A stretch of DNA of 64,000 nucleotides from Malacoraja senta. Its lineage: Eukaryota. The position numbers and the translations under genes are program-made. Under the pieces are notes generated by a model, which made no database searches, was not told the origin of the DNA, and was given only the letters and a program-made list of their open reading frames with translations. Below are positions 1 through 12,914 of this stretch, piece by piece; the first letter of the stretch is position 1, and every line of letters starts with the position of its first letter. The DNA lies in assembly GCA_038087875.1 (NCBI GenBank), contig JAXLNO010000110.1, positions 372,001 through 436,000 on the forward strand. Reading direction: 5' to 3'.

Positions 1-189
1 AAATGCAATTTGTAAAAATGCAACATGTTTTATGCAGGTTTTTAGATGTTAAAATGTCAATTTTACATTAATGCAAATGTATTGATTGTTAAATTTAACT
101 GTTCACACAATTTATAAGGGTTTGATAATTTAATTTAAATGGTCAATTGCAATTTATCGCATGTTTAGGTGCCAGTGACGTTAATGTCG

Positions 190-1040
190 ATGTATTGATC
201 ACTAGGCAGGCGGCGCCTCCGGGCCCGGGTCGCGCTGCTACTCCAGCCCCCAGCTTTGGGCCTAGGCGGTGGGTGGGGGTTCAGCGCCCCGTCGCCGGTC
301 GGCTCGGCCCGGCCCGGGAGGGAGTCAGGAGGGAGGGAGCCACGGTGTGGCCGTGGGGCTGGGATAGGGAGAGGAGGGGAGAGGGGGGAGGGGGATGGAC
401 ATGGAGCCGCCATCATCGCCGCTACCGCACTCTCCTGCCGCCCCCGCCGCCCGTTTCCAACACAACCGGCGCCGCCGCTCCCCAGCGCCCGCCCCCTCCC
501 CGCCCCCCCCCCCATGCCCGCCCCACGCCGGAACCCCGCCCCTCCGCCCTCCCCTTGGCCAAGCGACCCCTGATCGACGTCCGCTCCATCCACTCACCAT
601 CCAGCACCCGCCCTCTCCCCGATTGATTGGCGCGGCCCTGCCCCAATGGGACAGCAGCTAGCAAGGTCCCGCCTCTGGAGCAGCTCTGATGAAACGGGGT
701 GTTTGACGACGGTGGTGCGGACCATCGGATTTACGGAGCAAGAAATCACGGTGAATGGCCCGGCCCCACCCGGAAACCCCGCCTTCCACTCTCCCCATTG
801 GCCGACCGACTCTGATTGACGCAGGATCCGCCCGCTCAACATCCAGTACCCGCCACCCGCGGTTAATGGACAGCCGCTAGACGAATGGGATTGGAGGCTG
901 GTGGAGATCGCGCCCCCTAGCGCCGTTCTGATAGCGCAGTCGTCATCAGTGACGGGCGTGCGGGCCAATCAACGCCAGGATTTAGAATGTCCCCGCCCCC
1001 CCATGGGTGATTGACTTGCGGATCGGCCAATTGCCTGGTG
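190..1040. promoter_or_regulatory. CpG-island, TATA-less promoter with six CCAAT boxes, GC boxes and a YY1-like motif; gene not identified, probably transcribed leftward on the minus strand
   Basis: CpG-dense unique sequence. CCAAT/ATTGG occurs at 626, 643, 797, 890, 965 and 1027. GC boxes lie at ~666 and ~991 (ccccgcccc), TGACG half-CRE sites at ~704, ~817 and ~950, and GCCGCCATC (YY1 core) at ~406-414. Confidence 0.7.
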
Positions 1041-1189
1041 CAGCCTAATAATGGACCCATCTCTCTTCACACTTCATCAGTAAAGTAGGGGATGATTCAC
1101 AACCTGGACTTTTAATGGGCTCCAACTAGGCCGCAGGCTCCAGTAGGCCCAAATTGGCCCAAAGAGCAGGATGCAGGAACAGAGGCGTC

Positions 1190-1675
1190 TAGTTTGGTTT
1201 AGAGATACAGAGCGGAAACAGGCCCTTCGGCCCACAGTGTCCCTGCCGACCACCAGATCCCACACATTAACGTCATCCTACACCCACTAGAAGCCAATTA
1301 ACCCACAAACCCTGGACGACTTTGGAGTGTGAGAGGAAACCCGGAGCACCCGGGAAACCCACACGGGCCACGGGAGAGTGTGTACAACGTAGATACGTCC
1401 AAGGAAGGATGATCAGCCATGATCACATTGAATGGCGGTGCTGGCTCGAAGGCCCGAATGGCCTACTCCTGCACTGTTGTCGATTGTCTCGATGCGAAAC
1501 GTCACCCATTCCTTCTCTCCGGAGATGCTGCTTGTCCCCGCTGAGTTACTGCGGCATTTTGTGTCTACCTGAGAACATGCAAACTCCGTACGACAGCACC
1601 ACATAGTCAGGATCGAACCCGGGGTCTCTGGCGCTGTGAGGCAGCAACTCTACCCGCTGCGCCATCGTACTGCCC
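1190..1675 (-). mobile_element. V-SINE (HE1-like), interrupted by CR1-tail and Penelope-derived pieces
   Basis: Reverse complement of the tRNA-head, V-domain and gggccgaagggcctgtttccgc tail consensus seen in other copies in this window. Confidence 0.7.
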
Positions 1676-2225
1676 AGAAGGAGGAACTGCAGATGCTGAT
1701 TTACACCAACAATAGCAACAAATTGTTGGAGTAACTCAGCGGGTCAGGCAGTAAAAAAAATGTATATTTGATGTTTCGGGTCGAGACCCTTCTTCAGACT
1801 TTAGAACACAAAGTGCTGGAAGAACTCAGCAGGTCAGGTTATCAATAGAGGACATTAATAGGCGACCTTCTGCGGACTCCTTTCAGTCTGAAGAAGGGAC
1901 CCGACCCAAAACGTCGTCAATTAATTCCCTCCACAGATGCTACTTGACCCGCTGAGTTACTACAGTGTAGAGAGAGTCATAGAGCAGGAGGAAACAGGCC
2001 CTTCGGCCCACCTGCTCACCTTTGCCCCAAATCTCTCCAAACCTTTCCTATCCATGTACCTGTCCAAATATCATCGTAGTACCATCTGTTCCACGTACAG
2101 TACGTAAGTATCATTGAAGATTCCAGCCTCTAGCTTAGTTAGAGATACAGCATGAAAACTTCGGCCCACTGAGTCCATGCCGACCACCGGAATTGCAGAT
2201 GCTGGAATCTTGCATAGAACACGAA

Positions 2226-2403
2226 GTGCTGGAGTAACTCAGGCGGTCAGGCAGCATCTGTGGAGAACATGGATAGGTGACGTTTCACAGAGTGCTGGAG
2301 TAACTCAGCGGGGTCAGGCAGCATCTCTGGAGGACATGGATAGGTGACGTTTCACAGAGTGCTGGAGTAACTCAGCAGGTCAGGCAGCATCTGTGGAGAA
2401 CAT
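2226..2403. repeat. Tandem ~66-bp minisatellite derived from the Penelope-associated repeat; it continues at 5622-5700 beyond a CR1 insertion
   Basis: Unit gtgctggagtaactcagcgggtcaggcagcatctgtggagaacatggataggtgacgtttcacaga starts at 2226, 2292 and 2359. Confidence 0.85.
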
Positions 2404-5400
2404 AGAAACATAGAAACGTAGACAATAGGTGCAGGAGTAGGCCATTCGGCCCTTCGAGCCTGCACCGCCAATCAATATGATCATGGCTGATCATCCAACT
2501 CAGTATCCTGTACCTGCCTTCTCTCCATACCCCCTGATCCCTTTAGCCACAAGGGCCACATCTAACTCCCTCTTAAATATAGCCAATGAACTGGCCTCAA
2601 CTACCTTCTGTGGCAGAGAATTCCACAGATTCACCACTCTCTGTGTAAAAAAGGTTTTTCTCATCTGGTTCTAAAAGACTTCCCCTTATCCTTAAACTGT
2701 GACCCCTTGTTCTGGACTTCCCCAACATCGGGAACAATCTTCCTGCATCTAGCCTGTCCAATCCCTTAAGAATTTTGTAAGTTTCTATAAGATCCCCCCT
2801 CAATCTTCTAAATTATAGCGAGTACAAGTCGAGTCTATCCAGTCTTTCTTCATATGAAAGTCCTGTCATCCCAGAATCAGTCTGGTGAACCTTCTCTGTA
2901 CTCCCTCTATGGCAAGAAAGTCTTTTCCTCAGATTAGGAGACCAAAACTGTAAGCAATACTCCAGGTGTGGTCTCACCAAGACCCTGTACAACTGCAGTA
3001 GAACTCCCTGCTCTTATACTCAAATCCTTTTGCTATGAATGCTAACATACCATTCGCTTTCTTCACTGCCTGCTGCACCAGCATGCCTACTTTCAATGAC
3101 TGGTGTACCATGCACCCAGGTCTCGTTGCATCTCCCCTTTTCCTAATCGGCCACCATTCAGATAATAGTCTACTTTCCTTTCTTGCCACCAAAGTGGATA
3201 ACCTCACATTTATCCACATTATACTGCATCTGCCATACATTTGCCCACTCACCCAACCTATCCAAGTCACCTTGCAGCCTCCTAGCATCTCCTCACAGCT
3301 AACACTGCCCCCTAGCTTCGTGTCATCTGCAAACTTGGAGATGTTGCATTCAATTCCCTCATCCAGTTCATTAATATATATTGTAAATAGCTGGGTCCCA
3401 GCACTGAGCCCTTGCGGTACCCCACTCGTCACTGCCTGCCATTCTGAAAAGGACCCGTTTACTCCTACTCTTTGCTTCCTGTCTGCCAGCCAGTTCTCTA
3501 TCCACATCAATACTGAACCCCCAATACCGTGTGCTTTAAGTTTGCATAGTAATCTCTTATGTGGGACCTTGTCGAAAGCCTGAAAGTCCATATATAACAC
3601 ATCCACTGTTCTCCCCTTATCCACTCTACTAGTTGCATCCTCGAAAAATTCTATAAGATTCGTCAGATGATTTACCTTTCATAAATCCATGCTGACTTTG
3701 TCCAATGATTTCACCACTTTCCAAATGCGCTGCTATCCCATCTTTAATAACTGACTCTAGCATTTTCCCCACTACCGATGTTAGACTAACTGGTCTGTAA
3801 TTCCCAGTTTTTTCTCTCCCTCGCTTTTTAAAAAGTCGGGTTACATTAGCTACCCTCCAATCCTCAGGAACTACTCCAGAGTCTAAAGAGTTTTGAAAAA
3901 TGATCACTAATGCATCCACTATTTCTGTGGCTACTTCCTTAAGTACTCTGGGATGTAGCCTATCTGGCCCTGGGGATTTATCGGCCTTTAATCCAACACC
4001 ACTTCCCGGCTAACCTGGATTTCACTCAGTTCCTCCATCTCTTTTGACCCCCGGTCCCCTGCTATTTCCGGCAGATTATTTATGTCTTCCTTAGTGAAGA
4101 CAGAACCAAAGTAGTTATTCAATTGGTCTGCCATGTCCTTGTTCCCCATGATCAATTCACCTGTTTCTGACTGCAAGGGACCTACATATATTTTAACTAA
4201 TCTTTTTCTCTTCACATATCTATAAAAATTTTGCAGTCAGTTTTTATGTTCCCTGCCAGTTTTCTTTCATAATCTATTTTCCCTTTCCTAATTAAGCCCT
4301 TTGTCCTCCTCTGCTGGACTCTGAATTTCTCCCAGTCCTCTGGTAGGCTGCTTTTTCTGGCTAATTTGTATGCTTCATCTTTTGCTTTGATACTATCCCT
4401 GATTTCCCTTGTTATCCACGGATGCATTACCTTCCCTGATTTATTCTTTTGCCAAACTGGGATGAACAATTGTTGTAGTTCATCCATGCAGTCTTTAAAT
4501 GCCTTCCATTGCATATCCACCATCAACCCTTTAAGAATCAATTGCCAGTCTATCTTGGCCAATACACGTCTCATACCCTCAAAGTTACCTTTCTTTATGT
4601 TCAGAACCCTTGTTTCTGAATTAACAATGTCACTCTCCATCCTAATGAAGAACTCAACCATATTATGGTCACTCTTGCCCAAGGGGCCACGCACAACGAG
4701 ACTGCTAACTAACCCTTCCTCATTACTCAATACCCAGTCTAGAATAGCCTGCTCTCTCGTTGGTTCCTCTACATGTTGGTTTAGAAAACTATCCCGCATA
4801 CATTCCACGAAATCCTCTTCCTCAGCACCCCTGCCAATTTCATTCACCCAATCTATTTGTAGATTGAAGTCACCCATTATAACTGTTTTGCCTTTGTTGC
4901 ACGCATTTCTAATTTCCTGTTTGATGCCATCCCCAACTCCACTACTACTGTTAGGTGGCCTGTACACAACTCCCACTAGCGTTTTCTGCCCCTTAGTGTT
5001 TCGCAGCTCTACCCATATTGATTCCACATCCTCCAAGCTAATGGCCTTCCTTTCTATTGCGTTAATCTCCTCTCTAACCAGCAACGCTACCCCACCTCCT
5101 TTTCCTTTTTGTCTATTCCTCCTGAATATTGAATATCCCTGGATGTTCAGCTCCCAGCCTTGGTCAACCTGGTGCCATGTCTCCGTGATCCCAACTATAT
5201 CATATTCATTAATAACTATCTGCACATTCAACTCATCCCCCTTATTACGAATGCTCCTTGCATCGAGACACAAAGCCTTCAGGCTTGTTTTTACAACTCT
5301 TACCCCTTATACAATTATGTTGAAAGTGGCCCTTTTTGATTTTTGCCCTGGATTTGTCTGCCTGCCACTTTTACTTTTCACCTTGCTACCTATTGCTTCT

Positions 5401-5620
5401 ACCCTCATTTTACACCCCTCTCTCTGCTCATGCTCCCATCCCCCTGCCACATTAGTTTAAATCCCCCCCGACAGCACTAGCAAACACTCCCCCAAGGACA
5501 TTGGTTCCATTCCAGCCCAGGTGCAGACCGTCCTGTTTGTACTGGTCCCACCTCCCCCAGAACTGGTTCCAATGCCCTAGAAATTTGAATCCCTCCCCCT
5601 TGCACCATTTTTCAAGCCAC
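2401..5620 (-). mobile_element. CR1-clade LINE, 5'-truncated: end of ORF1 (SGNH esterase-like) plus a frameshifted ORF2 (AP endonuclease and reverse transcriptase) and 3' tail
   Basis: ORF1 motif DGLHL (5452-5640). Endonuclease motifs GITETW, VYRPP, MGDFN and SDH (4212-5273). RT motifs NYRPVSLTS, QHGF, GVPQG and FADD. The element ends in a (catagaaa)n tail at 2401. Confidence 0.95.
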
Positions 5621-5729
5621 GTGGATAGGTGACGTTTCACAGAGTGCTGGAGTAACTCAGCGGGTCAGGCAGCATCTGTGGAGAACATGGTTAGGTGACG
5701 TTTTTGGTTGGTGCCCTTCAAGTTGTGCG

Positions 5730-5965
5730 GGTCAGTTCAAGAACCTGACGGTTGCAGGAAAGTATCTGTTCCTGAACAAGGTGGTGTGGGACTTCAGGCT
5801 TCTGTACCTCCTGCCCGACAGTAGCAGTGAGAAGAGGGCCGAGCCCGGATAGTGGGATCCTTGGTGATAGATGCCACCTTCTTCAGGCAGCGCCCGGTGG
5901 AGATGGGGTGGGCCGTGTCCGTGATGGGCCGGGCTGAGTCCACCACTCTCTGCAGCCGCTTGTGT
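5730..5965 (-). mobile_element. Rex1/Babar-like LINE 3' coding fragment
   Basis: Translates to KRLQRVV..., CLKKVASITKDP and SGRRYRSLKSHTTLFRNRYFPATVRFLN, the typical Rex1 C-terminus. Confidence 0.75.
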
Positions 5966-6413
5966 CCCTGTGTGTTGGAATGGACAGTCAGCATCAATGG
6001 AGGGAATGGGCAGACGATGAATCATGTCAGGACCCTTCTTCAGAAACCTGAAACGCCGTCCGTCTGTCCATGTCCTCCACAGATGCTGCCTGACCTGCTG
6101 AGTCCCTCCTGCACTTTGTGTCTATCTTTGGGCAGGAATTTTTGGACAGTTAATCTGACAGAAGAGGTGGGGAGATGTTGGCGTCCGTGATAAAAGTTGT
6201 TCACAATCAGTCTGAAGAAGGGTCTCGATCTGAAACGTCACCCATTCCTTCTCTCCAGAGATGCTGCCTGTCCCGCTGAGTTACTCCAGCATTTTGTGTC
6301 TGCCTTCGGTGTAAACCAGGTTCTACAGTTCTTTCTTGCACCAGTGGACATGGTGTGGATGGAATTCAATGGTTCAATAGTGTGTTATCTGTCACATGTG
6401 CAACTGTAAAGTG

Positions 6414-6613
6414 NNNNNNNNNNNNNNNNNNNNNNNNNNNNNNNNNNNNNNNNNNNNNNNNNNNNNNNNNNNNNNNNNNNNNNNNNNNNNNNNNNNNNNN
6501 NNNNNNNNNNNNNNNNNNNNNNNNNNNNNNNNNNNNNNNNNNNNNNNNNNNNNNNNNNNNNNNNNNNNNNNNNNNNNNNNNNNNNNNNNNNNNNNNNNNN
6601 NNNNNNNNNNNNN
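6414..6613. other. Assembly gap (200 N)
   Basis: Run of N. Confidence 1.
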
Positions 6614-6889
6614 TGACCCTTTCCACCATCGACCAAAGTCCACAATCAGTTCCTTGGTTCTGCTGGTGTTGAGGGCCAGGTTATTGTGCTGGCACTATTT
6701 GGTGCCAGGGTCAAGACCCTTCTTCAGACTGATACCAATCTGACTTGCTGCCTGACCCGCTGAGTTACTCCAGCATTGTGTGTGTATCTTTGATGCCTAA
6801 ATTAGAGGATATTATAAGGAGAGATTGTACAGACTTGGACAGTTTTCTCTGGAATATTGGAGACCTGTTAGAAGTATACAAGAATACCG

Positions 6890-7640
6890 TAGACTATTTT
6901 CTAAATGGGGAGAGAATCCAGAAATCGGAAGTGCAAAGGGACTTGGGAGTGCTGGTGCAGGATTCCTGAAAGGTTAATCTCGGTAGTTGACTCGGCAGTA
7001 AAGAAAGCAAACTCAATGCTAGCATTTATTTCAAGAGGGCTTGTATACAAAAACAGGGATGTAATGCTGAGATTCTATAAGGCGCTGGTCTGGCCACATT
7101 TGGAGTACTGTGAGCAGTTTTGGGCACCATATCTGAGGAAGGATGTGCTGGCTCTGGAGAGGGTCCAGAGGAGGTTTACAATAATGACCCTAGGAATGAG
7201 TGGGTTAACATATTATGAGCGTTTGTCGGCACTGGGCCTTGAAGTTTAGTAGAATGAGGGGGGGACCTCATTGAAACGTACAGAACAGTGAAAGGCCTGG
7301 ATAGAGTGGATGTGGAGAGGATGTTTCCACCAGTGGGAGAGTCTAGGACCAGAGGGCACAGCCTCAGAATTAAAGGACGTTCTTTTAGGAAGGAGATGAG
7401 GAGGAATTTCTTTAGTCAGAGGGTGGTGAATCTGTGGAATTCATTGCCACAGACGGCTGTGGAGGCCAAGTCAGTGGATATATTTAAGGCATAGATAGAT
7501 AGATTCTTGATTAGGACGGGTGTCAGGTTATGGGGAGAAGGCAGGAGAATGGGGTTAGGAGGGAGAGATAGATCTGCCATGATTGAATGGCAGAGTAGAC
7601 TTGATGGGCCGAATGGCCTAATTCTACTCCTATTCCTTAT
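6890..7640 (+). mobile_element. CR1 LINE 3' fragment
   Basis: Translates to RDLGVLV..., LVWPHLEYCEQFWAP and TRGHSLRI...RVVNLWNSLP, followed by a CR1 3' UTR. Confidence 0.9.
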
Positions 7641-7679
7641 GATATAAAATGAAGAGAGGCATAGACAGGGTAGATAGTC

Positions 7680-7985
7680 AGCACGGTGGCGCAGTGGTAG
7701 AGTTAACTGCCTCACAGCGCCAGAGTTCCAGACCCGGGTTCCATCCTGACTACGGGTGCTGTGTTTACGGATTTTGTACGTTCTCCTCGTGGGTTTTCTC
7801 CGGGTGCTCCGGATTCCTCCCACACTCCAAAGACGTACAGGTTTGGAGGTTAATTGGCTTTGGTAACATTGTAAATAGTCCCCAGTGCGTGTAAGATAGC
7901 GTTAGTGTGCGGGGATCGCTGGTCAGCGCTGACTCGGTGGGCCGAAGGGCCTGTTTCCCCGCTCTAAAGTCTCTAAAGTCTAAAG
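7680..7985 (+). mobile_element. V-SINE (HE1-like)
   Basis: tRNA-like head ggtggcgcagtggtagag, V-domain (ttcctcccacactccaaagacgt) and LINE-like tail. Confidence 0.85.
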
Positions 7986-8338
7986 AAATGGAGGCATAGT
8001 TTAAAGTAGTAGAAAGAAGGAACCGCAGATGCCGGTTTACCAAAAAAAGGACATAATGTGCTGGAGTAACTCAATGGGTCAGACAGCACCTCTGGAGAAC
8101 ATGGATAGGTGCCGTTTTGGCTCTGGACCCTTCTTCAGACTGATCTAAAATTAATCTCCTCTTCCCGTCATCAAAGTTTACAAGAAATGTGCGTGGCAAG
8201 AATTTTAAAGTCTCTTAAAAACACCACTAATGTATTTACCTCCACCACCACCCCTGGCAACGCGTTCCAGGCACCCAACACCCTGTGTGTAAAAAAAACC
8301 TGCCCCACACATCTCCTTTAAACTTTTCCCCTCTCACC

Positions 8339-10131
8339 TAGTGTCGCCAACTGTCCCGTATTAGCCGGGACATCCCGTATATTGGGCTAAATTGGTTTCT
8401 CCCGCACGGGACCGCCCTTGTCCCGTATTTGACGGCTACTACTCGGGTCGAGGGGACTGTCGTGTCGGAGTGCCGCGTCCGGCCCCGCCTCACCCGCCCC
8501 GACGTAGTGCAGCCCATGGAGTGCAGCAGCAGCACCTCGCCCGTGGCCCCGTCGGTCGGTCGGCAGCCCGGCCAGTTGTCCGACCTTCGGACCTTCGCTA
8601 ACCGCCGACACCACCACCACCACCCCTCCTTCTCATGGCCGATCATCGGTTCATGAGTCGGACGGGGAGCCGGACTTTGTCGCGCGGCCCACGGGCCAAA
8701 ACTCCTCAGCTGGCCCCGCCGGCTGGGCTTTGTGTGCAGTCAAATGGGAATAATGGGCGGGCATGGGGAGTGAGTGGAGGGCAGGGAGGAGGAAGGGGTG
8801 GGGTGTGCAGGGAGGGGAATGTCTGGAGGCTTTGGGGGTGAGTGAATGGGAGAGGGGGTAGAGGGGGTAGAGGGGATGGGGGAGGGGTTTGGGGCGTGGG
8901 GAGAGGGGAGAGGGGATCGTAACTTCTGTGAGGGGGAGTGGGGAGGTGAGGGGATGTGGGGAAAGGACGGAGTCTGTCCAGGGGGCTTAGCGGGGAGCGG
9001 GTAAGGAGAAGAGAGCGGGAGGGGTGAATGGGGAGGGGGTGCGGAGGGGAGAAGAGGTGAGTGAATGTGGCGGAGGGGAGAGGGGGGAAATGAATGAGAT
9101 GGAGGGGAGAGGGGAGGCGGTGAGGAGGTGAGTGGGGAGGGGGGAGGGGGTGAGTGGAGAGAGGGGGAGGGAGGAGGGGAGGAGATGGTGGGTGTTTGTG
9201 TGAGAGGGGAGGGGGTGTGGGGGGGCGAGTGAATGAGGTGGAGAGGAGGTAAAGGGAGAGGGATTGTCGGGGGAGGAGGGGGTGAGTGGGAAAGGGGGGT
9301 GTGGAGGGGAGAGGTGAGTGGGGGGGAGAGGGATGAGGGGGATGTGAGTGAGGGGAGGGGGGGGGAGTGACTTTGTGCAGAGTGGGATGGGGATGGATTC
9401 GCCCCGGCAGAGAAGATTCTGGAAGAGAAGTCCCAGGGGTCTCGGGAATGTGAGCTTTATGCTCATCGCCAACGCCTTCAGGTTAAAGATAGTCGAGAGG
9501 CCCGTTGCCGTGGTTACGCTGGGTAGAGCACAGGAAAGCAGACATCACCAGCTTGGCGACATCTTTCATGTGGCAACGTGATGCCCAAAGTTCTCACATT
9601 CATTCAATCCCGTATTAGCCGGGACATCCCGTATATTGGGCTAAATTGATTTGTCCCGTACGGGACCGCCCTTGTCCCGTATTTGACTGCTACTACTTGG
9701 GTCGAGGGGACTGTCGGGTCGGAGCGCCACGTCCGGCCCTGCCTCACCCCGTCCCGACGTAGTGCAGCCCATGGAGTGCAGCAGCAGCAGCAGCAGCAGC
9801 GCCTCGCCCGTGGCCCCGTCGGTCGGTCGGCAGCCCGGCCAGTTGTCCGACCTTCGGGCCTTCGCTTACCGCCGTCACCACCACCACCCCTCCTACTCAC
9901 GGCCGATCATCGGTTCATGAGTTGGATGGGGCACCGGACTTAAAAGCGCGCGGCCCGGGCCAAAACTCCTTAGCCGACCTGCCGGCTGGGCTTTGTGTGC
10001 AGTCCAGCACCCGGGGCCAACTCATCATTCACCCAGACACGGCTGAGTCGGTCAACCAATTGCCGTGGGGAATTTGTCCCGTATTTTGACCTTTTGTCCC
10101 TTATTTGAGAGTGAGAAAGTTGGCAACTCGA
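8339..10131. mobile_element. Non-autonomous TIR element (hAT-like) with an internal duplication and a G-rich tract
   Basis: Termini tagtgtcgccaact ... agttggcaac. The ~390-bp block at 8355-8740 recurs at 9607-10005. A related copy lies at 35272-35604. Confidence 0.7.
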
Positions 10132-11874
10132 CCTCCGGCCCACCAAGTCCGTGCCGACCAGTGATCATCCCCTACACTGTCCCACGCAGAAGGAACCATT
10201 TTACCATAGCCAAGTAACCAACAAACCTTTATGTCTTTAGAGTGTGGGATGAAACTGGAGCACCCGGAGAAAACCCACGCACAAAATCCATACAGCCAGC
10301 ATCCTTGATCAGGATCGAACTTGGGTCTCTGGGCACTGTAAGGCAGTACCTAAGGGGTAAAGTTTAAAGGCGTCTAGAATGATGAGGGGGACCTCATTGA
10401 AACGCACCGAATAGTGAAAGGCTTGGATAGAGTGGATGTGGAGAGGATGTTTCCACTAGTGGGAAAGTCTTGGACCAGAGGGCACAGCCTCAGAATTAAA
10501 GGACATTCTTTTAGGAAGATGAGGAGGAATTTCTTTAGTCGTTAGTGAATCTGTGGAATTCATTGCCACAGACGGCTGTGGAGGCCAAGTCAGTGGATAT
10601 ATTTTTAAGATAGAGATAGATATTCTTGATAGTATCAGAGGTTATGGGGAGAGGGCAGGAGAATGGGGTTCGGAGGGAGAGATAGATCAGCCATGATTGA
10701 ATGGCGGAGTAGATGGGCCGAATGGCCTTATTCTACTCCTATTCCTTGTGGGAAGCCATTTAGAACGGAGATGAGGAAAAACTTGTTCACACAGAGTTGT
10801 GAATTTGTGGAATTCTCTGCCCTAGAGGGTGGTGGAGGCCAGTTCTCTGGATACTTTCAAGAGAGAATTAGATAGAGCTCTTAAAGATAGCGGAATCAGG
10901 GGATATTGGGAGAAGGCAGGAACAGGGTACTGATTGTGGATAATCAGCCATGATCACATTGAATGGCGGTGCTGGCTTGAAGGGCCGAATGGCCTCCTCC
11001 TGCACCTATTGTCATTCTGCTACTTTGCTCTTTTTATCTATCGTTTTTATCATGGTGTACGTATACGTGAGCTACTTGTGAACACGGCATATTATGGTAG
11101 ATGATAAACTAATCTGTACTCATTGTGGAAATATCAGAGGGTCTGTCCACAGCTCATATACCTGTTACCCACTGTGCCACCTGGCAGCATGGTGGAGCAG
11201 CGGTAGAGTTGCTGCCTCACAGCGCCAGAAACCCGGGTTCCATCCTGACCTCGGGTGCTGTCTGTGCAGAGTTTGCATGTTCTCCCTGTAACCTGCGTGG
11301 GTTTTCTCCAGATGCTCCGGTTTCTTCCCACATCCCGTGCGGGTTGGTGGGTCGATCGGCCCCCTCTGTAAAAAACACCTCCGAGTGTAGGGAGTGGATG
11401 AGAATGTGGTACAACATGGAACTAGTGTGTGAAGGGGTGATCGCTGGTCGGCGTGGACCTGTTTCCATGCTGTATGTCTAAACTAAACTCAGTGGGTCAG
11501 GCAGCATCCCTGGAGATGTCACCTTCCACGTTCTCCGGGGATGCTGCCTGAGTTACTCCAGCACTTTTTCTGTAAACCAGCTCCTGCAGTTCCCCGATTC
11601 TAGCCCATAATCACCAGCTGCGGGAGCTTCGATCGCCCCGACTGCAGGAGCATAAAGGGGGAAGAAGATTAGACTTTATTGCCGTCCCATCACAGTGAGG
11701 CATGTGGGGAATCTGCTGTGGTGGATGTTTATGTTAACTTTTATGCAGTTGTGTGTCTTGTGGCTTTAAAAAAAAAGTATGGTTGTATGGTAATTTGAGT
11801 TTCACCGTACCTTGGTACACGTGCAATAAACAGACCTTTGAAGTTCATGTTATAGGGAAGATAGACACAAAAGG

Positions 11875-12914
11875 TAGGTATGTTACAATACTTACCTTCA
11901 GCGGCGCTGCAATTCTGCCACTGGCCGTGTGCGCGATTTTGGCGCCTTTGGGGGGGGGGGGGTGGGGTTAAAACGCGGGTTTCTCCTACCTTATCCTGAA
12001 TTATATTTCGTTGGAGTACAAGCTTTTGCTGAAGCATCGTTCCGATGGGCGTTTTGTGTATTTTTTATTTTTATTCGCCCGACAAGTTCAGCGCTGGAGT
12101 TATTTTAAAATCAGCTTCGAAAGCCGTCAACGCCGACAACGGGGACGGATTTCACGCACGGGACAGGTAAACGAAAGCCGTTTATTTTATGTATAAAAGT
12201 GCTTCTTAAGAGGCCTTTAATTCACATTTTAAAATGCGAAACGGTGCTTCTTTTCCCCGAACTAACTGCAGTATTTTTCATGCCGATACGGGGTTAAATT
12301 CACCGCAAATCAACGTTCCAAATGATCGCGTTCCAGAAAAATCCACTCGCAAGATGATTTAAATGCCCATTAATTTACAGGTATTAAACATTTATTTCCT
12401 TCCATTTGGCCTATAAATCCATGACAATGAGATTTTAAAATAATGTTATATTGTGAATTCTTGTGTGAATGTTATTTGGACACTTAGGCTATTTAAAAAT
12501 GTTAATCTATTCTTAAGAAATTGATAGATGTTTAGATCTAGTAATTGAATTTTGTAATTAGCTGCAATTAGGTAACTAACTAATTATATGCTTTAATTTC
12601 ATGTCATCTAAGTAAGATTGTTTCATATTTGTTTCAGAATGCTTTAATCTATAATAACTAAACATTTCTTTCAGTTCTCTTAATTTTTAAGAAAATTATG
12701 GGCTTTTGACTGTTCTCGATCACAGCTTTTGTGTTAAGTCAATGGAAAAGCAATAGGGAACAAGATGCTAATTTCTGAGTATGAAAATGGCCATAACTTT
12801 TTTAATACTGAAGATATGAAAGTGAATTAGGTGTCAAATTAAACTTCTTTTTATGCTTTATGGGATAAATTACAGACTTGATTTTTAAAATCTCAAAATT
12901 TTGTAACATTGCTA
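11875..12914. mobile_element. Non-autonomous DNA transposon (~1 kb) of unassigned superfamily
   Basis: TIRs taggtatgttacaa / ttgtaacattgcta. The direct repeat caaaagg flanks it at 11868-11874 and 12915-12921. It is inserted into a Penelope-derived repeat. Confidence 0.8.

Noticed and set aside
147..664. Several overlapping Pro/Gly/Arg-rich ORFs, including MMAAPCPSPSP… on the minus strand
   Set aside because: Expected in a GC-rich island. There is no recognisable domain or splice donor; at most this is a uORF.
2226..2403. CRISPR-like regular repeats
   Set aside because: The units are contiguous tandem copies with no unique spacers, no cas genes are present, and the context is eukaryotic.
4366..5460. 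364-aa plus-strand ORF
   Set aside because: It is the antisense shadow of the CR1 endonuclease ORF.
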